Source: Lepidodermella squamata
Taxonomy: Eukaryota > Animalia > Gastrotricha
Length of the DNA stretch: 64,000 nt
Assembly: GCA_047495785.1 (NCBI GenBank)
Contig: JBLDXI010000015.1
Span: forward strand, 4,402,001 to 4,466,000
Direction: 5' to 3'
Notes under the pieces: model-generated
The model's input: the letters and a program-made list of their open reading frames with translations, nothing else
Told to the model about the DNA's origin: nothing
The model's database searches: none
Part shown: piece by piece, positions 26,501 to 39,358 of the stretch
How positions within the stretch are numbered: the first letter of the stretch is position 1
Layout: every line of letters begins with the position of its first letter
Translations under genes and position numbers: made by a program

Positions 26501-29204
26501 GCTCCTGCTCGTACATACCGATTGCGACTCATCGATAGTGGTTTCAAATCAGCGGTTTCAAAAGTTCAAGACGCTATTACTAACGCGAGTTTTCCAGGCG
26601 GTCTGTTGAAGCCGTTTCCACAGAACTCGCTCCAGTTGATGGTTCAAAGTGGCTCGAAGGGTAGCTTGGTCAACACTATGCAGATGTCCTGTTTGCTGGG
26701 CCAGGTCGAACTGGAAGGTAACCGTCCCCAACTGATGGTTTCCGGGCGAACTTTGCCATCTTTCGCCGAGTACGATCAATCACCTCGAGCTGGTGGTTTT
26801 GTTTCTGATCGTTTCTTGACCGGTATTCGCCCCCAGGAGTACTTCTTCCATTGTATGGCTGGTCGTGAAGGTCTGGTCGACACAGCCGTAAAGACCAGTC
26901 GATCGGGTTATCTTCAACGCTGCGTTGTCAAGCATCTGGAGGGAGTTTCCGTCGAGTACGACAGCACTGTTCGTGACAGTGATAAATCAGTCGTGCAATT
27001 TTTGTACGGCGAAGACGGCCTCGACATTTACAGGTTGAGTTACCTCCGGCCAAAGATGCTGCCATTTTTGCGCGAGAATTATCAAACCAATCGCATGAAG
27101 CTGTTAGACGAGCTAAACAGGCCTGCTGATCCTGAAAAAGCCGAACAGGTTGCAAACTATTGGAAAACTCTCAATCAGTGGAGCGAAAAATATGGCGATC
27201 CAACTTCAGCTAAGATTCGAATGACCAGAGATTCGGCTTTCCTTCGGTTCTGCCGGCGAAATGCCGGCTCTGATCGGCCGGATTTGGATGACGAACACTC
27301 GAGTCGGAGCGTTCACACTCTAGCCATGATTGAAGCTTGGAGCGCTCTGACCAAAAGCGAACGCGAAGATTACGCTCGACAAGCGCGACCCAACTGTCCC
27401 AATCCTATCATGAGTTCGATGCCCCCTCAGTCTACAGCTGGCTGCGTTTCTGAAAAATTCAAGTCGATTTTGGACAGTTTAGCAAAAGAAACCGATCGCG
27501 ATAGGCGCGGTCGAAAATGGCCGGCATCTCAAGACCTCAGCCACATTGCGTTGTTGAAATACCGACGCGCCCTCGTCGACCCGGGAGAAGCCGTTGGTGT
27601 GTTGTGTGCGCAATCTATTGGCGAGCCATCTACTCAGATGACACTGAACACTTTCCACTTTGCTGGTCGTGGTGAGATGAACGTCACCCTCGGTATTCCT
27701 CGTCTTAGAGAAATCATCATGACCGCTTCGGCTAAAATCGGCACGCCTATGATGGTCACGCCGATGGCTGAAGGTCGGGGCGAAGATGTTTCAAAGTTGG
27801 CGAAGAAATTGACGCGAGTCTACGCCGCCAACGTTCTCGAGCGAGTGTCTATCGTTGAGAGAATTCGAGCTTCCCATGTTGTCGTACCAGTCCGAGAGTA
27901 TCAGCTGACTTTCACTCTGATGCCATCCGTTGCGATTGCACAACTTGCTCCCTTCAAAAGCAACCAAATTTTGCGTCTGTTCGAAAGCATCCTGTTCCGC
28001 CACTTGGCTCTCTCTATCACAAAGAAAATGCAAGAGATCGGTAAAATGATGAGCGTCGAGTGGTCCAAGGCTAGAGCGGAGCGCAGAATCGTCGATGACG
28101 ATGAGCCAGCAGTCGATGAAGAAGGAAAGAAAAAGCCTAAGAAGAAGGCTGCTGATGACACTGGTGAAAGCGAAGCTCGCCTGGCTGAGCGCCATCAAGA
28201 CGAGAGAGATTACGGTGGAGAGGACGAGGAACGCGAGGAAGCCGGTCTCGGCGAAGATGCCGAGGACGAGGCAATTGACAAGGACGACGAAGTTGCTTAC
28301 ATGGACGCGATGGGTGCAGATGATGATAAGGGTGCCGAAAGCTCAAACGAAGATGTGGAAAGCAGTCGTAACTATCCCATTTCTGCCACCGACAGTAACC
28401 GCAAAGCTGTGAGTTGATCTACCGTCATTTATGTAGAATAATTGTTTGCCTTGTGCTTTATTTCATGTATTTTAATGATTATTATCTGCGTTTTATAGGG
28501 CGCGCTTCGCCACAGCTCTCTCTTTACCGACTACACTTACGACTCAGAAAAAAATCGCTGGTGCCGCTTAACCTTGGAGGTTTGTGAATAATTTAATTAT
28601 CGACTGGTATCTTTTACACATTTCGTAATTTCAGATCCCCCTCGATCAGCCTGAATTGGATATTGTTACTCTCGTCGGCGATACTTGTCGTCGAAGTCTG
28701 ATACATCAAGTCTCGGGTATTCTCCGCGCTAAGGTTGACGCTGCGAAGAACCTGATGCAAGTCGAAGGAATCAATTTGCCGGAAATCTGGAAGTACAGTG
28801 AAGTTCTGGACTTGAATAAACTGTACACCAACGACATTCAAGCTTTCGCGAGTACTTATGGCATCGAAGCAGCTCGTGCCCTGATCATGTCTGAGGTGGC
28901 CGGCGTTTTCAGAGCTTACGGAATCGACGTCGACTTCCACCACTTATCTCTGCTGTCCGACTACATGACTCGAGACGGTTCGGTCTGCGCTTTGAATCGA
29001 TACGGAATGGAAGCGAACCCGTCTGCTATGCAAAAGATGAGCTTCGAAACTAGTCTCAGTTTCCTCAAGTCTGCTATTATTTCCGGAGAACAAGATGCTG
29101 TAAGCTCACCGTCTGCTCGTATAGCCCTAGGTCTTCCGTGCAAACTAGGTACCGGCTCATTTGACGTGCTGTATAACCTTCGTAAAGCTCAAAAATCGAC
29201 GTGA
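23561..29204 (+). CDS. POLR1A: DNA-directed RNA polymerase I largest subunit, 6 exons
   Basis: [10 protein letters not shown]...CPGHWGHI Zn site, [40 protein letters not shown] (split by intron 25607-25661), [48 protein letters not shown] (Pol I-type trigger loop), acidic expander region. Confidence 0.97.
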
Positions 29205-29467
29205 AACTTAGACGGGTGCTCAATGATAAATGTTGTTCTTGCTTGCTCGTGCCATTCAAAAATAAAATACAAAGATCCAAAATTGCTGTTTTTTATTGCA
29301 AACTCAGCGTCGTAATTTCAGAAAACTGGTGCTTAATTTTAGAATAAGATCAACTAGTAAACCAATAATGTCGGCAATAAAGAACAGCGTTAGCGCCTCA
29401 GAAAACTAAGCAGATCAGTTTTCCTATTCGTTGACAAGTTGGCCAGATAAGATTTTGCATCCGTGTC

Positions 29468-30920
29468 TCAAAAGACGGTCGTGAGCTTATCTGCAAAGAA
29501 ATTAGCAGCGGCTGACAGCCAGCCTCCGCCTGAGCTGCCTGAAGTTGAGACGTTGCCACTTTGATACGAAGACACTCTGCGTTTACGAATCGGATTGGTT
29601 CCGGGATCAACATTGAGAGGATCGAAATCACTGTCAGGAAGGTAATCTGGTAGACTGATTGTCGTTTGGTTGTTTTGGTCGTTTGCGTCTTGATGCACAT
29701 GAGGGCGCGGACGAATAACCAGCGGGACCAGGATCTGATTATAACAATGGTGGGTATTTAATGCCCTCAGAAATTGCAACAAAAATAACACACCTCATTT
29801 CCATTGTCATCCTTGATGATCTGATCGGCCCACAGGCGTCCTCTAGGATCGCTGGCGATTATAGCATTCGCAAGCACATCGGCTTTGACGTCGACCTTGG
29901 CGCGGATGTGAGATCTCTTCTTCTCAAGATCAAATGTTATTGAAATAACTCCTTTAACTCCAATTAGACCTTGGCGAGCCATTTCCATGTCATCCTAAAA
30001 TAAATAGTCAGACAAACACGAATCTATATGCTATTATATTTGCCTTGCTCTCCATGCCATAAATTTGAAGTACGATGTTCTTGGCTTTGCCAAGTCCAGT
30101 TCGAAAGAATCCCTTCTTGCAATGAGTTCTAGATAAAAATAAATAATTTGTAAGGAGATTGTGTGAGTGTAAAACTTCGTACGTAGTAGTCATTTGAGGC
30201 GCTGTGCTGTTAGCGGAATTTTCGTTGTTCAACAGATCTTCTTCAGCAGATTCGAGTAACGTTACAAGGTTGCGTGCCAACTCGTGGGCATGACAGTCCG
30301 AAGCCGGAAATCTGGCAAAATAGCATAAGAATTATGCGTGAAGCCAAGCTATTATTAATAAGTCTCACCGCGTAATGACCAGTTTCAATTGCTCTCGCAG
30401 TCCCAAAAATTTATACAAAACCTGCTTTCGCTCTGCAGTATCGCTGAGTAGAAGGAGAACCTGAAAAGCGAACAGTCTTATTGTAATAATTCGGTAATTG
30501 GCGGAATGGGCGCCTGAGCCGCGACACATGCAGTGAGCAAAAATCGTTACTATGGATTTACATTTAGTTTCGAAACCAGGCTGACCCTCAGAGGGTTCTA
30601 TATTTCGAGAGCCTTTTACAGAGATGAGATGGGAGGTGGACTCGCTACCCATAATTATTTGGAGTTATTTCGAGAATATTCAAAATAAGCTACCTTTAAC
30701 ACATGTTCCACAACATTTGAATCAGAATTGGAGAGCAGTAGTACCAAACCAGCCAAGCAACCTTGATCCTTTGACGAAAACACAGGCAGCAAACAATCAA
30801 GTAGAAGTAATGTATAATTTACTGGCGGTGTAAAAATACCTTAATAAGAATCTCACGTCTGGACGGGTCTTCAGCTAGAAGCAAGAACGCCCTCACGGCA
30901 TCGACAGTGTCCATTGCCAT
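29468..30920 (-). CDS. ARMC1: Armadillo repeat-containing protein 1
   Basis: LAEDPSRREILIK/DQGCLAGLVLLL, AKNIVLQIYGM, LIGVKGVISITFD, LPDYLPD, C-terminal GGWLSAAANFF; about 7 exons. Confidence 0.88.
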
Positions 30921-32283
30921 AGTTAGGCAGAACTCAATAAGCAGTCCTACGTCACACGATTGACTTCGAAAATCAATCCAACCAAATGTTTACTTTGGCA
31001 TTCTATTTGAATCTTGAACCCGAAAAATTAGGTATTAGGCAAGAAATGTGGTATTTCTGTTCATTTGCTGATTGGCTCATATGCTTAAATCATCGAAGGA
31101 TTATTATAAAGAGCTATATTATTATTATTATACCCCCAGTATTGAATAAGTAAGCTACTATCGCGAATTGCGAATACAGATCATCAATCGGATTTTTCCT
31201 CTATATCTATCTACTCGAACAAAGTTGGGAAACCCAAAAAAATTTTAGATAGCATTGTTTAACTTTAGATGCTCGACAAAACATTACATGATCATTGAGA
31301 AACACTAAGAGGAGCGGATCACAAAATATAAATATACCCAAGTATATATTGCATTATTTTCGGTTTTCGGGCAGTATACTGACGATTCCATATGAGTATT
31401 GTGAGTTGAATTAAGAGTATAAAATACGACACTGATTAATACCCTGACGTATGGCTCACATTCCTAACAGATCCGAATTCCTGGGTTCTAAAAATTGCTT
31501 TTGTAAGTCGAAAGCCAACTGCTATTATTACCATCCAATCAATTCCAATTTTTTAAATACTGGCGGTATACGACTTTCAACGATAAATCTGTTTAATATA
31601 AAATTTATGATAAGTATAACAATTTATGGCGATCAGCATGGTATTATAATTATAGATTTGAAATTTTCCCGCGCTTGTGGCGAAAAAGGCGTAAAAAAAG
31701 GTTCGCAGTCTATATAGTTTTTTCTCTGACGCCCACACACCTGCGGTGTTGCCGTGTCGTGCTGGTTTCTTGTTTTTGTGGTTTGCGTCATATTTTTTTA
31801 TGTCCGAGAGTTAGGAGCAATGTTCCTGACTATCGGACAAGAGCATGCTCCTCAATTTAAGACAACTGTTTCACTCAAAACCCGTGATAGCGCAGAACGT
31901 GTTGCCAATCCCCAACTCTCATACTCGAGCTGACGATAGCTCAATGTTAGGAGCGAATACGAACCAACTCAAAATCTGATGTAGTACATTGTAGAATTCG
32001 ACGCTGATGAAGGTTCATCATCTTAATCTTTCCTTTGATTCCTTATTGTTCCCTTTGTTTCTCCAGTAAAAATCCGAAATGAAAAGTGTTGTAAAAGACA
32101 ACATTTTCAAAGCCTCGCTAAGTTCTGTTTGCAATTTTTCATTTAAAATGTAGCAAGGTTTGAAGCTACTTGCAGATATCTTGGACTTTATATGGCGTTT
32201 ATTTCGAATTCCAGTTGTGAAAAGTTATCAACGTTGCTGTCCTTCTTATAGCTCCTATCTGCTACCATAGATCTTATAATTAG

Positions 32284-34234
32284 ATGCCTTCGGAGACCAA
32301 GAAACGATTTTGCGTGATTGGAGCGGGAGCTTCTGGCTTGGCTGCTATCAAGTCGTGTTTGGAGGCAGGCGCTGATGTCACTTGCTTTGAAGCTACAAAT
32401 GACATCGGCGGACTGTGGCGGTATACTGACGAGATCACAGCAAAAGGCAGTGTTGCAAAAAGTACTGTAATCAACACCAGTAAAGAATTTATGGCATACA
32501 GCGATTTTCCTATTCCTGCTGACTATCCGAATTTCATGCGTCATGATATGATCCTGCAATACTTCCGAAAATATGCGGATCATTTTGGACTCATCAAGCA
32601 TATTCAGTTTAAAACTTCGGTCACGAAAGTTGATTACGCTGGTGATTACGAATCCACAGGTGCGTATTTTTACTACAAGTCAGATTCTTTGAAGCAGTGA
32701 TTCTACTCAAACCAATACAGGTCGATGGGAAGTCAGTTATCGCAACGAACAAAATGCTGATAAGAAAGAAATTTTCGATGGCGTGTTAGTATGCACTGGT
32801 CACCATGCCCAGCCTAACGTCCCGAAGTTGCCTGGTCTTGACAAGTTTAAAGGCAAGAAAATTGTTCCCAAAAGTAATCGTACGTTAAATTTTATCTTAA
32901 AGGAATCGTCCTTCACACCCACGATTACAAAAAGGGTGACCAGTTTGTCGATAAGAACGTTCTGATTGTCGGAATTGGGAACTCAGGCGGCGACGTTGCT
33001 GTCGAGCTGTGCCGCTTTGCTAAATCTTTGCATATCAGCACGCGTAGGGGAACCTGGTGTTTTCCTCGCTCGTTACCTAATGTACGCTTCTTTGCAACTT
33101 GTGTATTTGATTTTAAAAAAATTCCGCTGATTTTAACTTTTAGGGGATGCCTCTCGATTCCGCTTTGAATCGATTCACTTCAACTTTGCTGAGTTTGTTC
33201 CCCTATTGGGTGAGTGATAAGTTTGCGGAAAAGCTGATCATCAAAGTTGATCACGACCTCTTGGGCCTTCGCCCAAAGTATGGACCCTCTGCGCAACACA
33301 TCATGGTATGGCGAGACATTGTGCAACTACTTAAGCTAATTATTATGTTAACTTAGGTGAACGATGATTTCCCAAACCGAGTGTTGAGTGGTTTAATTAA
33401 AGTTCAGCCGGATATCAAGTCCTTTGGTCCCAACTCCGTAACATTTGTAGATGGCACCGAAATCAAGGACTTGGATGCGGTTATTCTCGGCACTGGTTAC
33501 ATTTTCGGATTCCCGTTTTTGCCTCAAAGTGTTGTCAAAGTCGAAGCCAACCAAATCGATCTTTATAAAATGGTATTCCCGCCTGCATTGAAGCATCCAA
33601 CTCTTGCTATTATTGGCTGCATTCAACCTGTCGGAGCGATCATGCCAATAAGTGAATTGCAGTGTCGCTGGGCAGTAAATATTATTAAAAAATTCGAATT
33701 ATCTTTGCATAACGTTGATTTATTAGGTCAGGGTATTCAGTGGAGATTCGAACTTGCCATCTGTAGAAAATCGATGGAATGAGATAAATCAACGAAAGAA
33801 ATCGACGTCGGAGCGATATGTGGCTTCACAGCGCCACACTATTCAGGTAAGTATAGGTATTCTATGAAGTAGCGTATGTAAATATCAAAAGTGACACATC
33901 TTTAGGTCGATGGCGTTCCTTACATGGACGAAATCGCGGCTGAGATCGGATGCATTCCGTCCGTGACGTGGATGATGCTAACCGGAGATTTGAAGTTGGC
34001 TTAGAATCGATGAATTAGCACCTGAACTGATTTGTCCGCTTTTACAGGTTGGCTTATCATTACACTTTCGGCCAAGTTGTCCCTTACCACTATCGTCTGT
34101 GCGGTCCGCACACGTGGTCTGGCGCTCGAGACGCCATTGTCACTATTGACGAGCGTATCCGGAGACCGTTGAAAACACACATCAGCGAGCTATATGGGCC
34201 TAAAACCGGTGCAAACGACGCCAAAAATAAATGA
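32284..34234 (+). CDS. Flavin-containing monooxygenase (FMO), 8 exons
   Basis: VIGAGASGL FAD motif, GGLW, INTSKE, CTGHH, FMO fingerprint FKG/IVLHTHDY, VGIGNSGGD NADPH motif, GTGY, ELQCRW, SQRHTIQVD. Confidence 0.95.
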
Positions 34235-34964
34235 GAACTTGAAATGACCAAAGAGTATTGCGATATTGACCAGAAGTAAATTCGTGTATTTTTTGATCGA
34301 ATCATTTATAAAAAAAGTTTTTAAATGCTTGCAAAATATTTAAAACTTCCCACAACTGCTTGCATTGCTGAGTTATATGAAACTCGTAATAAAATGATTT
34401 AAACATCAGTGCTTGTTTGTTGTATTTTCTTTTTGGACACCGTCTATTTTGCAATAGCTTCATCAGGGTTGTATTCGGGATGTGTTCTAAGAATAAGCAA
34501 CGTAATGAGAAAAGAACAGTGAATTTTAATTACAAAACATTTCCAAATACAAGGGAGAAAGAAAGATGCCGTTTTATGTCCTTCTTGAACTCAGCAAGGT
34601 CTTCAGCTTAATCGCCATCATACAGGTCCTCGGCAGGGTGCGACGTTGTAATGGAATAGTTCAAGATTGGAAGCGAAGTTTGGAAAATTTTATAAGCTTG
34701 AGCAATAAGGCTTGAGACCGAGTAATGGAACTATTACTAATGACAACTAACCAACTCGCCATTCCAGTTCTCGCATTTTTACCGTGCGGCATTCATTTTC
34801 AAGGCGAGAAAAAAAGAAATGCGGGGTGATTCATTACACCCGGATTCAAAGGTAGCACAAGTTACTCCAGTTCCCTAGTTCACGTTATTCTGCCTTGGAG
34901 CCCGCGGAACCACAACGCGCGGCGTTGTTGAGTTGTTTTCTAAGATAGGCCTACCGACATGTTA

Positions 34965-35323
34965 ATAAAGTACGGATGATAATTGTTTGCCTCGCATTTT
35001 TTTTTAATAACTCGGTAACCATGAGGAATTTTTTGGAGCGGGTTTCACCAGTCGATAGATCTAGTCTGTTGTAAACTTTCCTAAAATCCTCTTCATATTG
35101 GGATAATTTGTGAGAAATTGGTGACTTTTTCACCAAGAATCACAAGAAGCATTTTCGTCACCAAAATCTCACGAATTATCCCAATATGAAGAGGATTTTA
35201 GGAAAGTTTACAACAGACTAGAGACTAGATCTATCGACTGGTGAAACCCGCTCCAAAAAATTCCTCATGGTTACGGAGTTATTAAAAAAAATGCGAGGCA
35301 AAAAATTATCATCCGTACTTTAT
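34965..35323. mobile_element. Fold-back / hairpin MITE-like element
   Basis: Near-perfect inverted arms of about 160 bp (34965-35124 and 35157-35323) around a loop of about 32 bp; the right arm has a 7-bp AGACTAG duplication; ends are TA-rich and the TSD is ambiguous. Confidence 0.8.
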
Positions 35324-35489
35324 ATAAACAGTTGCATGAGAAATTATGCAATCTAATCAGCTTAGCTAAAGGGGCTAAACCTACTAGCAACTGGTAATAA
35401 TTACTTGACAGCATTCAATGTTGTAATGCGCGCCGCACGCCTGCGCAATCAAATGAATAAGGAGAATTGCAGTGTGATGACTCATGCGT

Positions 35490-35574
35490 AGAACATTCGA
35501 GAACGTTCGCGCACTTTCTCGAATATTCGCAATTTTTCTCGCATTTTCTAGAATTTTCGTTATGTAGTATATAT
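35490..35574 (+). promoter_or_regulatory. Heat-shock element array plus TATA box of HSP70
   Basis: Seven in-phase 10-bp units (GAACATTCGA GAACGTTCGC GCACTTTCTC GAATATTCGC AATTTTTCTC GCATTTTCTA GAATTTTCGT, 35491-35560), then TATATAT at 35568-35574. Confidence 0.92.
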
Positions 35575-35706
35575 TTCCGGCGGCCGCTGACCCTGAGCAT
35601 CCTCTCTGAAAGCAAACTCGAACTTACAATCTTGAGCTATTACTTCAAGTTTTAAACTGCGCTTTTACACTCATTGTTCCATTGATATTGCTTGATTAAC
35701 TCTGCA

Positions 35707-37647
35707 ATGTCTGCATCAACATCACAAGCTATTGGCATTGACCTGGGCACGACGTATTCTTGCGTCGGTGTCTACCAGAATGGCAAGGTCGAAATCATCG
35801 CCAACGACCAGGGCAACCGAACAACGCCCAGCTACGTCGCGTTCACCGACACCGAGCGACTGATCGGCGACGGCGCCAAGAACCAGGTCGCGATGAACCC
35901 GCAGAACACGGTTTTCGACGCGAAACGACTCATCGGCCGGCGGTTCGACGACCCTATTGTCCAAAGCGACATGAAGCACTGGCCGTTCAAGGTCGTCAAC
36001 GAGGCGGGCAAGCCGAAAATCGAGGTCGAGTACAAGGGCGAGCCTAAACGATTCGCGCCCGAGGAAATTTCGTCGATGGTCCTACTTAAGATGAAAGAGA
36101 CCGCCGAGGCGTACCTTGGCCACAAGGTGCGCGATGCCGTCATCACGGTTCCGGCCTACTTCAACGACTCGCAACGACTGGCGACGAAAGACGCCGGTGC
36201 GATTGCTGGTCTCAACGTCATGCGAATCATCAACGAACCGACGGCTGCTGCTCTAGCTTACGGTCTCGACAAACAGCACCAATCACAGGAGAAGAAAGTC
36301 CTAATTTTCGATCTTGGTGGTGGTACCTTCGATGTTTCGATCCTGTCAGTCGATGGCGGTGTCTTCGAAGTGCTGGCTACGTCGGGCGACACTCACTTGG
36401 GCGGCGAAGATTTCGACAATCGCATGGTCAACTTCTTCGTCGATGAATTCAAGCGGAAATTCGGAAAGGACATTTCGAAGAACTCGCGAGCCCTCCGCCG
36501 CCTTCGAACTGCCTGCGAACGTGCGAAACGAGCCCTGTCGAGCAGCACCGAGGCCAACATCGAGATCGACTCGCTGCATGAAGGCGTCGATTTCTACTCG
36601 AAAATCACGCGAGCCCGCTTCGAAGAGCTATGCAACGACTTGTTCCAGAAGACCATGCAACCAGTCGAGCAGGCCCTACGAGATGCCAAGCTGGACAAAT
36701 CGAAGATCGACGAGGTCGTACTGGTCGGCGGTTCGACTCGCATCCCGAAGGTGCAGAAGCTGTTGACCGACTTCATGGGTAAGCCACTCAACAAGTCGAT
36801 CAACCCGGACGAGGCCGTTGCTTATGGCGCCGCTGTTCAGGCCGCTATTCTGTCAGGCGTGTCCGACAACACTGTCAAGGACGTCCTGCTGGTCGATGTC
36901 ATCCCGCTCAGTCTCGGCATCGAAACCGCCGGTGGAGTGATGACCAAGTTGCTGGAGCGCAATTCGAAAGTGCCAACTCGAGCCACGCAGACTTTCACGA
37001 CATACTCGGACAATCAACCGGCCGTGACGATCCAGGTCTACGAGGGAGAGCGGGCGATGACGAAGGACAACAACTTGCTGGGCCGCTTCGATCTGACCGG
37101 AATCCCGCCGGCGCCTCGTGGTGTCCCGCAAATCGAGGTCACCTTCGACATCGACGCGAATTGCATCCTCAACGTTTCAGCCGTCGAAAAGGCGACTGGA
37201 AAATCGAACAAGATCAAAATCACGAACGAAAAGCGGCTGTCGAAGGAAGAAGTCGAGCGGATGGTGGCTCAGGCCGAAAAATTCAAGGCCGACGACGACA
37301 AGCAGCGGGAACGAGCTGCGGCTCGAAACGGCCTCGAACACCTTGCCTACTCGTACAAGCAAGCCGTTGAAGATGCGGGCGAGAATCTATCGGCTAGTGA
37401 CAAGCAGACGGTCAAGGACAAGTGCCAGGAGGTGATTTCGTGGCTCGATCGCAACACAACCGCCGAGAAGGACGAGATCGAGTACAAGTCGCAGGAATTG
37501 CAGAAGGTCTGCTCGCCAGTTATGACGAAACTGCATGGCGGCAACAGCTCTTCGAGCAACCCTGGCAAGACCGATGGCGGCAATCAGTCACGCTCGGCTG
37601 GCTCGACGTCAACCAACCGTGGCCCAACCGTCGAAGAAGTTGACTAA
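35707..37647 (+). CDS. hsp70: Cytosolic stress-inducible HSP70, intronless
   Basis: [39 protein letters not shown]-terminal GPTVEEVD; no introns, no GGMP repeats, HSE promoter. Confidence 0.98.
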   Translation: MSASTSQAIGIDLGTTYSCVGVYQNGKVEIIANDQGNRTTPSYVAFTDTERLIGDGAKNQVAMNPQNTVFDAKRLIGRRFDDPIVQSDMKHWPFKVVNEAGKPKIEVEYKGEPKRFAPEEISSMVLLKMKETAEAYLGHKVRDAVITVPAYFNDSQRLATKDAGAIAGLNVMRIINEPTAAALAYGLDKQHQSQEKKVLIFDLGGGTFDVSILSVDGGVFEVLATSGDTHLGGEDFDNRMVNFFVDEFKRKFGKDISKNSRALRRLRTACERAKRALSSSTEANIEIDSLHEGVDFYSKITRARFEELCNDLFQKTMQPVEQALRDAKLDKSKIDEVVLVGGSTRIPKVQKLLTDFMGKPLNKSINPDEAVAYGAAVQAAILSGVSDNTVKDVLLVDVIPLSLGIETAGGVMTKLLERNSKVPTRATQTFTTYSDNQPAVTIQVYEGERAMTKDNNLLGRFDLTGIPPAPRGVPQIEVTFDIDANCILNVSAVEKATGKSNKIKITNEKRLSKEEVERMVAQAEKFKADDDKQRERAAARNGLEHLAYSYKQAVEDAGENLSASDKQTVKDKCQEVISWLDRNTTAEKDEIEYKSQELQKVCSPVMTKLHGGNSSSSNPGKTDGGNQSRSAGSTSTNRGPTVEEVD

Positions 37648-38069
37648 ACATACCACAATATTATTCGTAACCAATGATAAATAACTTTTGATTTCTGATT
37701 AGCGTATATGTCCTATGTCTTGTTTGCTCAATTACTGTAATAAAAATTATAAAATGGAAAATATTGTTGTTTTTGTGGTATTTTCAGGCTAAGTGATCCA
37801 AATCAGTTCCACTTCGTAAAACTGATGACGCAATTAAAACTTGGTGAATGAGTAATTCGATAGTTCGACCAGTTAGCGTGATTTAAACGTGGCAAACTCA
37901 TCAAGTTTTCCGGATACCTATCAACTGAAGAAGAACGTTTAGGTGAACCTGATGCCAAATAGGCGCAATGTGGATTTTGCAATTTCTAGTTTGACTTGAA
38001 TACTCATATTTTAAAGCTATCAGTCATTTTCAACAATTTAAAGTTCATTTAAAGGACGTTCCAAAAACA

Positions 38070-38537
38070 ATGTCGTGCAAAATTAGTGTATCTCGTGTTT
38101 CTCGTGGCTATGGTACATCTGAAGCCATCGAAAGCTGCTCGCTTGCCCTTCGAAGGCACAGGAAGGCAATTGGCGGGCAGAAATTTCGGTATTTACCTTC
38201 TCGACTTGATGGTCAAGAACAAAACCAGGGCTCTCCGAGGTAATATTATTCATGAGTAAGACGAAGCCTCCGTATCTGAAAACTGTGTTTAGGAATTGTT
38301 CAAGAGGTCTGCTTTGGAGATTTGGGTTGTTTCAACACAGATGACCCTTGGGAGTCGCCTGGCCGCATCACCTTGTTACCCGACAATCCTGAAAATATCG
38401 ACACGCTATTTTACCGATAATACCGATGTTTTACCTCTTCACACGCAAAAATCCGCAAAATTTTGTGACACTGAAGGCTGGTGATAATGAAAGTTTGCGT
38501 AATTCCTACTTCAATGGATCCTGACCAACAAAATTAG
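38070..38537 (+). pseudogene. Truncated pancreatic-lipase-family pseudogene (5' fragment)
   Basis: After intron 38240-38292: EVCFGDLGCFNTDDPWESPGRITLLPDNPENIDTLFY, a 20-bp frameshifting insertion, then FYLFTRKNPQNFVTLKAGDNESLRNSYFNGS*PTKL. The signal-peptide-like upstream exon is out of frame with ATG 38070. Confidence 0.8.
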
Positions 38538-38631
38538 CTGAATAACGCGGTTATACGACGAATATCTGTCTGGAGCTTAGAGTTCCGACCAGGTAGCGAA
38601 TAAAAATAAGCTGAAAACCAAATGCACCATT

Positions 38632-39174
38632 TTATTTTTGAGTGTTTCGCTTCAGGATTTCAAGCACAGGTGGTAAAGTCACAGGTGTAGCAGGTTTCTC
38701 TGCCTTCACAACAACTTGTTCCCGCTGTTTATTGACGAAGTTTGCAACCAAATTGTTCCCATAATCGACCGGAGCCAAGTGCCAATCTGGCAATGACCAT
38801 TCTGAGCGGGGTATTTCCTGTGAATTTAACAATAGTCTCAAAGTGACATGAAATAAGGGTATTTACCTTCTCGCTCGACCGAATACCTTTCATTACGGGA
38901 ATACCGGCAAAAGAACTGCCTTTCGCGTCCTGTTAAAAATGTAAAAATCACAATTCGAATGCATTGATAGGTAGGTACGTTTAACAACTCATACATTAAA
39001 AGAAGCATCCAATGCTGAGTTGGTTATCAGCCAAAATGATGGTTCATTTTCCGAGGATTTCTGAGAACCCCTGAAAACGACACGTCCGCGTCCCGCATTC
39101 CGGAGCATAAATGCAATGTCACTTAACCGTTTGCCCTTCAAGGCCGAAGGAAAACCAACATATTTAAGCACCAT
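38632..39174 (-). CDS. MRPS34: Mitochondrial ribosomal protein S34, 3 exons
   Basis: GKRLSDIAFMLRNAGRGRVVFR...EPSFW...GIPVMKG...DWHLAP fits the MRPS34 pattern (GK.L..I...L.N.G.GR.V.R, EPS.W, DW.L.P). Confidence 0.75.
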
Positions 39175-39358
39175 TTTCTATAAAACAGTTTATTGTTATC
39201 AGATGAAAAATCATGTGGAAAACCAAAAAAAGATAAAGATGAATCCATATGTCCAACGGAAGAAGTCACAGCAATTGCTACAGCAAAATAAATAATCTCA
39301 TGTTTGGACCCGAGTAAATTATAATTCTTTCGGACCTAACAAAAATTAGGTAAAATGT

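Noticed and set aside
31812-31900. Hairpin followed by AGACAA, suggesting an H/ACA snoRNA
   Set aside because: The second hairpin is poor and there is no properly placed ACA.
35722-37643. Many overlapping and antisense ORFs over HSP70 (and over POLR1A and CFAP44)
   Set aside because: Shadow ORFs from GC-rich codon bias, with no independent motifs.
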